Positions 38,808-43,323 of a stretch of 43,323 bases of DNA are shown piece after piece (within the stretch, counting starts at the first letter, position 1; every line of letters starts with the position of its first letter). Below the pieces are notes generated by a model, which searched no databases, was not told the DNA's origin, and saw nothing but the letters and a program-made list of their open reading frames with translations. The translations under genes were made by a program, and so were the position numbers. The stretch is from sequence record SRR22947727_2571. One strand, given 5' to 3'.

Positions 38808-40295
38808 TCACTTCAAGCGCTCAAGTTCAGTGATTCCGTATTGAATCAGTTGGAGATTGATCTGCTTAGAGACATTGTCGTCTACGAAGATCACTTTTGG
38901 ATACCCATCGAACTCAATGCGGTGGATTCCTTTTTCGGGAGCTACGCCAAATGCTTTACTGAGATCATTGATGTCATTAATCTCTTTTCCGTTCACTTTG
39001 GTCAAAATCACTCCGCCGAGATTTTCGTATCCAAGTGTCGCCGGGGTTTTGAGAACGTTCGAAAGAAACACGAGCTTCTTGCGGCCTTCGTCTTCGTATT
39101 TTTTCGGGCTGGAGTTTGCGTGAACGAGTTTGAACGGTGCCTGAGTGTTCCATTTTCCGCCCCAGCTCTTCAAGTAAGGGAGCGTGAGCTCTTGGAAGAT
39201 AAGTCCACCGAAAATGACATATTTTGGGCCACGATCATACATGTAGGGATCGATAAGATAGTCACCGGGGAGTTTACGTGCTAGCTTCACGTCGATGGAT
39301 TTTTTCTCGCCGTCGCGAACCACATCGAATTTTAAGGTGTCGCCCACTTTGGCCTCGCCGCGGACGATATGAGAGAAGTTGATCTTACCGAATTTTTCGT
39401 GCTGGTAGTTTCCGCGGGAGTCGATGGCGTGGCCGTTGATCGCCATGAGAACGTCGCCCGCTTCAACTCCGGCTTTTCCTGCGGAACCATCCTTGCGAGC
39501 GCTCCGAATGAAAACGCCGCCGTCTTCTTTGACTCCGGTAAATTTACGAAGCTGTCCGTCGAGCATCTGTGAGTAGCTGATGCCGATGTTAGGGAATCCG
39601 GCGTAATTACCATCGTCAAGGTCAGCGAGGAACTTGTTGATGACTGTCGCTGGAAGAATTGCGGATGTTTGCTCCTTCGAATCGTAGCTCAGAAGCAATC
39701 CAACAAGGCCGCCGTCTTTAAAAACCGGAAGCGTGAAGCTGTTCGCCCGTGCCTGGAGGGAGCCTTTGACTTCGTAGGTGAGAAGGATCGAGCGATCCAC
39801 AAAGTAGCGGCCCACGGAAGCGCGAAGTACCTCAACTTCTGTCTTCACGCCGTCGCCGTTGTCTTCGATTTGCCACGCTTCAATGGTTTCGCCACCTTTC
39901 ACTGAATCATTGATGGGGACGGCAACGGTGCCGTCGAAAACGGAGTTGTCTGAGGCTGGAGCCAACAGAGCGAGGTTTGCTTCGTAATCGCGTCCGATGA
40001 TTTTTGCGGGAACTTTTTGCCCCGTCGTCGGATGCTCAAGCTCGATGTAAGTGGAATTCACCGTCAGCTCTGCGGTCGTGAGAACGAGATTGCCTTCGAG
40101 GATAGCACCGAGTCCGCGCCGAGGAGTGGGTGCCCCTTTTTCCCAGGGGCGAAGGAAGCTGTAGCTCTGAAGTGTCGAGTTCACTCGCATTAGCGAAGTA
40201 TCGGGACTGGTTTCAGCTTTTTTCTGGGCGAAACCGCTGACGGATAAAAGAACCGTCAGAAGGGTGGTGATTGCGACAAATGATGTGGCTTTCAT
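38808..40295 (-). CDS. HtrA/Deg-like PDZ protein with degenerate catalytic triad
   Basis: Signal peptide; LTTAEL, DYEANLALL, ARANSFTLPV at triad positions; PDZ (AGVEAGDVLMAING) and Deg2-type FGGLIFQEL. Confidence 0.85.
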   Translation of the reverse strand: MKATSFVAITTLLTVLLSVSGFAQKKAETSPDTSLMRVNSTLQSYSFLRPWEKGAPTPRRGLGAILEGNLVLTTAELTVNSTYIELEHPTTGQKVPAKIIGRDYEANLALLAPASDNSVFDGTVAVPINDSVKGGETIEAWQIEDNGDGVKTEVEVLRASVGRYFVDRSILLTYEVKGSLQARANSFTLPVFKDGGLVGLLLSYDSKEQTSAILPATVINKFLADLDDGNYAGFPNIGISYSQMLDGQLRKFTGVKEDGGVFIRSARKDGSAGKAGVEAGDVLMAINGHAIDSRGNYQHEKFGKINFSHIVRGEAKVGDTLKFDVVRDGEKKSIDVKLARKLPGDYLIDPYMYDRGPKYVIFGGLIFQELTLPYLKSWGGKWNTQAPFKLVHANSSPKKYEDEGRKKLVFLSNVLKTPATLGYENLGGVILTKVNGKEINDINDLSKAFGVAPEKGIHRIEFDGYPKVIFVDDNVSKQINLQLIQYGITELERLK

Positions 40296-40346
40296 GAAAA
40301 GTAGTTGGGTAAAATTGGTTGGTTGGAAGGAGCGGTGTTGGGAGGA

Positions 40347-42089
40347 TTACTCGGCATCAGAGCCGCCTTCGCTGTCATCATCGTCTCCGCCACCATCGGC
40401 AGAATTTTTCCCTTCGGCTTCTTCTTTGGCATCGCGTTTGTCAGCTTCAGCCCGGTCAAAAAGTCCTTCAACCTCGAGAATTTCAGGCTTCACGATTTTG
40501 TTATCAAATCCGACGTTGTATTTAGCCATGATGCGCTTGTGGGCTTCGGCAGCGACTTTGCGCTCGAGAACAAGCGGGCGTCCTTCGCCAAGGCAACGGA
40601 TCACGTGAAAGTCTTCGCGACCTTCTTCGGCGTGTTCTCCGTGAAGTGCGTCGTGAACGTCTTGCAGTAGGCGGATTTTCTGGCCGTTGATTTTATCGAT
40701 CACTTTTCCAACGTATGGCTGGAGGTAAGTATTCGCCGAATCCGGCAGAACCGCCGTGAGAACTACGGTCTCCGGGCGATCACGATAAAGTTCTTCCTGT
40801 GCGTAATAGAGGTAATGATAGCGAACTTGCATGTCGTTCATGGCATGCGCGCCCATCAAGCTGCGATCGAGCGGCTGAAATTGCATGCCGGCAAAGAGAA
40901 CGAATGTCGGGTCTTTGTCGTATTGATTGGCCTGAAGCAGGTAAGGGATGAAACGCTTCAACTCGATGGAGATATCAACTTTTTTTCCTTCGCGCCAGAC
41001 GATCAGGTCGACTTTATCTCCCGCGAAACGGCGTTCGATAATCTCGCTCATGTCGACACGCTCGCCGTCGATTTCAATAAATCCGTCGGAGAAAATATCG
41101 TGACCTTCAATGGAAAGCAGAACGTCTTCAGTGTTGAGTTGTCCGGCAGCGGAACCTGCTGCATCCGCGTTCGCAACCATCACACCTTTGCCGTCATTTG
41201 GCAGGCTGAGCGCAACACGCTGCGCGGGGTTGAGAATGTTGATCATGCTCGTGGCGAAATCCACGTAGTGATCGTATTTGCCATCTTCGCTGTCTTTTAA
41301 GAAACGCTTGATCACTGGAACAGGAATCATGTAGCCCGTGTTCTGAGCGACGTTTCCGGAATAGCCTTGGAAGGCAACACCTACGACTTGGTTGTCTTGC
41401 AAAACTGGACCGCCAGAGTTACCGGGGTTGATTGCAGCATCGACCTGAATCGTGAGGTGATTATCGACGCCGGAGTGGGTGTAACCGCGAAAGTCGATCC
41501 GTGAAACAACACCGCGAGTCACGGAAATTCGCTCACCACCGATTGGATAACCCACGGCAATTACTGTCGTATTCAGTTTTGGCGTGCCACCGAGGTAGAG
41601 AGGCTCGACACCTTTGAACGCTTTGTCGAAATCATCCATCGATTGCAATTCGAGAAGCGCGAGGTCGCAATCGTGAGCGACCGTAATGGTTTTTGCGACA
41701 TACGGAGTCGGGTCATTCACCTTCTTAATGTAGATAAGGCGATTGTTGCTTACCACGTGTGCGTTGGTCACGAATTTGTTTTTTCCAACGAGAAAACCAG
41801 TGCCAACCCCGCTTCCCATTCCACCGATATTCCAGGGAACTCGAAAGTTAGGAGTCTTCGTGTCGACCTCAACTCGTACGACCGCATCGAATTGAATTTC
41901 TGAAATATCAGCTTGAACCGATTCCGGTGTAAGGCTTGCAGCAACTTCTGCGGGATCAACTTTGGCGGCGATACCGGTGGTTCCTGCGGCCGGAGCCGGG
42001 GCTTTCTGTTCCTGTCCGATCGCAACGGATGCGACAAGAGCTGCGAGTGTGCAAAGGGATGCCAAGAAAGGCAGGCGAAGTGGTTTCAT
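40347..42089 (-). CDS. HtrA/Deg2-like trypsin serine protease with PDZ domains
   Basis: VTNAHVV, HDCDLALL, DAAINPGNSGGP; signal peptide from ATG 42089. Confidence 0.93.
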   Translation of the reverse strand: MKPLRLPFLASLCTLAALVASVAIGQEQKAPAPAAGTTGIAAKVDPAEVAASLTPESVQADISEIQFDAVVRVEVDTKTPNFRVPWNIGGMGSGVGTGFLVGKNKFVTNAHVVSNNRLIYIKKVNDPTPYVAKTITVAHDCDLALLELQSMDDFDKAFKGVEPLYLGGTPKLNTTVIAVGYPIGGERISVTRGVVSRIDFRGYTHSGVDNHLTIQVDAAINPGNSGGPVLQDNQVVGVAFQGYSGNVAQNTGYMIPVPVIKRFLKDSEDGKYDHYVDFATSMINILNPAQRVALSLPNDGKGVMVANADAAGSAAGQLNTEDVLLSIEGHDIFSDGFIEIDGERVDMSEIIERRFAGDKVDLIVWREGKKVDISIELKRFIPYLLQANQYDKDPTFVLFAGMQFQPLDRSLMGAHAMNDMQVRYHYLYYAQEELYRDRPETVVLTAVLPDSANTYLQPYVGKVIDKINGQKIRLLQDVHDALHGEHAEEGREDFHVIRCLGEGRPLVLERKVAAEAHKRIMAKYNVGFDNKIVKPEILEVEGLFDRAEADKRDAKEEAEGKNSADGGGDDDDSEGGSDAE

Positions 42090-42213
42090 ACAAATTTCGA
42101 AAAAAATACAGTTCGATCGGCTCGTAATCGAGGACGACAGGACGGGGAATTTAGAGTTTTGGTTTAGAAAGTCAATAACCGTGGCCGTGTTATGACGTTC
42201 AGTTTTTTTGAGC

Positions 42214-43323
42214 TTACACGTTAAAGCGGAACTCGATGACGTCTCCGTCTTTGACTTCATATTCTTTGCCTTCGATCCGCAGCTTACCTACGTCTCGCGC
42301 CGCTGCTTTGGAGCCATATTCGACGTAGTCGTCGTAGTGAATAACTTCAGCTGCGATGAAGCCGCGTTCGAAATCTCCGTGAATGACTCCTGCCGCCCGC
42401 GGGGCTTTGTCTCCTTCGGTGATTGTCCATGCGCGAGTTTCCTGAACGCCTGTCGTTAAGTAAGTGCGCAAACCAAGGAGGTGATAAACCGCTTTAATAA
42501 GAGCGGACACGCCACTGTCGGTTACGCCCATGTCTGCGAGAAATTCCGCAGCTTCATCCGGCTCGAGGTCGACCATTTCTTCCTCAATGTGGGCCGAAAT
42601 CACAATCGCTTCCGCTCCATGGGAATCGGCTGCGAATTTCCTGACGCGAGAAACCAAATCATTTGAGTCAGGATTCTTGACCGCTTCCCCCAGATCGTTT
42701 TCCGAAACATTACAGGCAAAAATCGTGCGTTTCGAGGTCAGGAGAAAGAAATCTTTCATCAACTCTCGCTCGTCATCGGTAAGTTCGGCCGTGAGTGCAG
42801 GTTTTCCGGCGTCGATGTGCGGGTAAAGTTTTGCAATCAAGGCGATTTCCGCGACTGATTCTTTGTCACCGCTTTTGGCTTTCTTTTCTCGCGAGGCCTT
42901 GCGCTTCTCCAACGTAGTAAGATCTGCGATCATCAGCTCGGAATTGATGATCTCGATATCACGAATGGGATCCACCGATCCGAGCTCATGAATAATGTCA
43001 TCATTTTCGAAGCAGCGAACCACTTGGACGATCGCGTCAGTCTCCCTAATATTGGCTAGAAACTTGTTTCCAAGGCCAGCACCATCCGATGCGCCTTCAA
43101 CCAGACCAGCGATATCGACGAACTCGATTGCCGTCGGAACGATCTTCTGAGTCCCTGAGATTTTGCCGAGAACTTCCAGTCGTTCATCGGGAACCGACAC
43201 GATTCCGATATTGGGATCGATCGTGCAAAACGGATAGTTTGCTGCTTCAGCCTTCCGAGTCCGGGTGACCGCATTAAAAAGGGTCGATTTACCGACGTTG
43301 GGGAGTCCTACAATACCTGCTTT
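42214..43323 (-). CDS. ychF: Redox-regulated ATPase YchF (start codon just beyond the window)
   Basis: Frame open to the window edge: [54 protein letters not shown]. Confidence 0.97.
   Translation of the reverse strand, partial: KAGIVGLPNVGKSTLFNAVTRTRKAEAANYPFCTIDPNIGIVSVPDERLEVLGKISGTQKIVPTAIEFVDIAGLVEGASDGAGLGNKFLANIRETDAIVQVVRCFENDDIIHELGSVDPIRDIEIINSELMIADLTTLEKRKASREKKAKSGDKESVAEIALIAKLYPHIDAGKPALTAELTDDERELMKDFFLLTSKRTIFACNVSENDLGEAVKNPDSNDLVSRVRKFAADSHGAEAIVISAHIEEEMVDLEPDEAAEFLADMGVTDSGVSALIKAVYHLLGLRTYLTTGVQETRAWTITEGDKAPRAAGVIHGDFERGFIAAEVIHYDDYVEYGSKAAARDVGKLRIEGKEYEVKDGDVIEFRFNV

Overview
Bacterial chromosomal window with no rRNA, tRNA, CRISPR array or transposase that I could see. 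Gene content suggests Verrucomicrobia/PVC (inference from a PVC-type heme-binding CxxCH protein, LepB with a long N-terminal extension, a Deg2-like protease pair and archaeal/eukaryote-type ProRS). Housekeeping genes (lepB, hpnD-like, alaS, glnB, aminotransferase, holA, proS, HU, ychF) are mixed with secreted hydrolases/oxidoreductases and signalling genes. Most notable: (1) two ~550-590 bp cassettes bounded by the same ~35-40 bp CACAGAG inverted repeats flank alaS, one carrying a GxxExxY PD-(D/E)xK nuclease and the other an unrelated, stop-interrupted membrane-protein gene; (2) a dispersed repeat family at 5 loci built from 14 copies of a 19-bp box whose 5-bp core occurs in either orientation; (3) an FHA-class III cyclase with Asp at the adenine-selecting Lys position next to a non-RD membrane Ser/Thr kinase; (4) a full sigma54 promoter layout for glnB facing an enhancer-binding protein with Glu at the phospho-acceptor site; (5) an active plus catalytically degenerate HtrA/Deg pair; (6) a decayed TIR gene abutting a second gene remnant. 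All calls come from reading motifs by eye; no searches were run.
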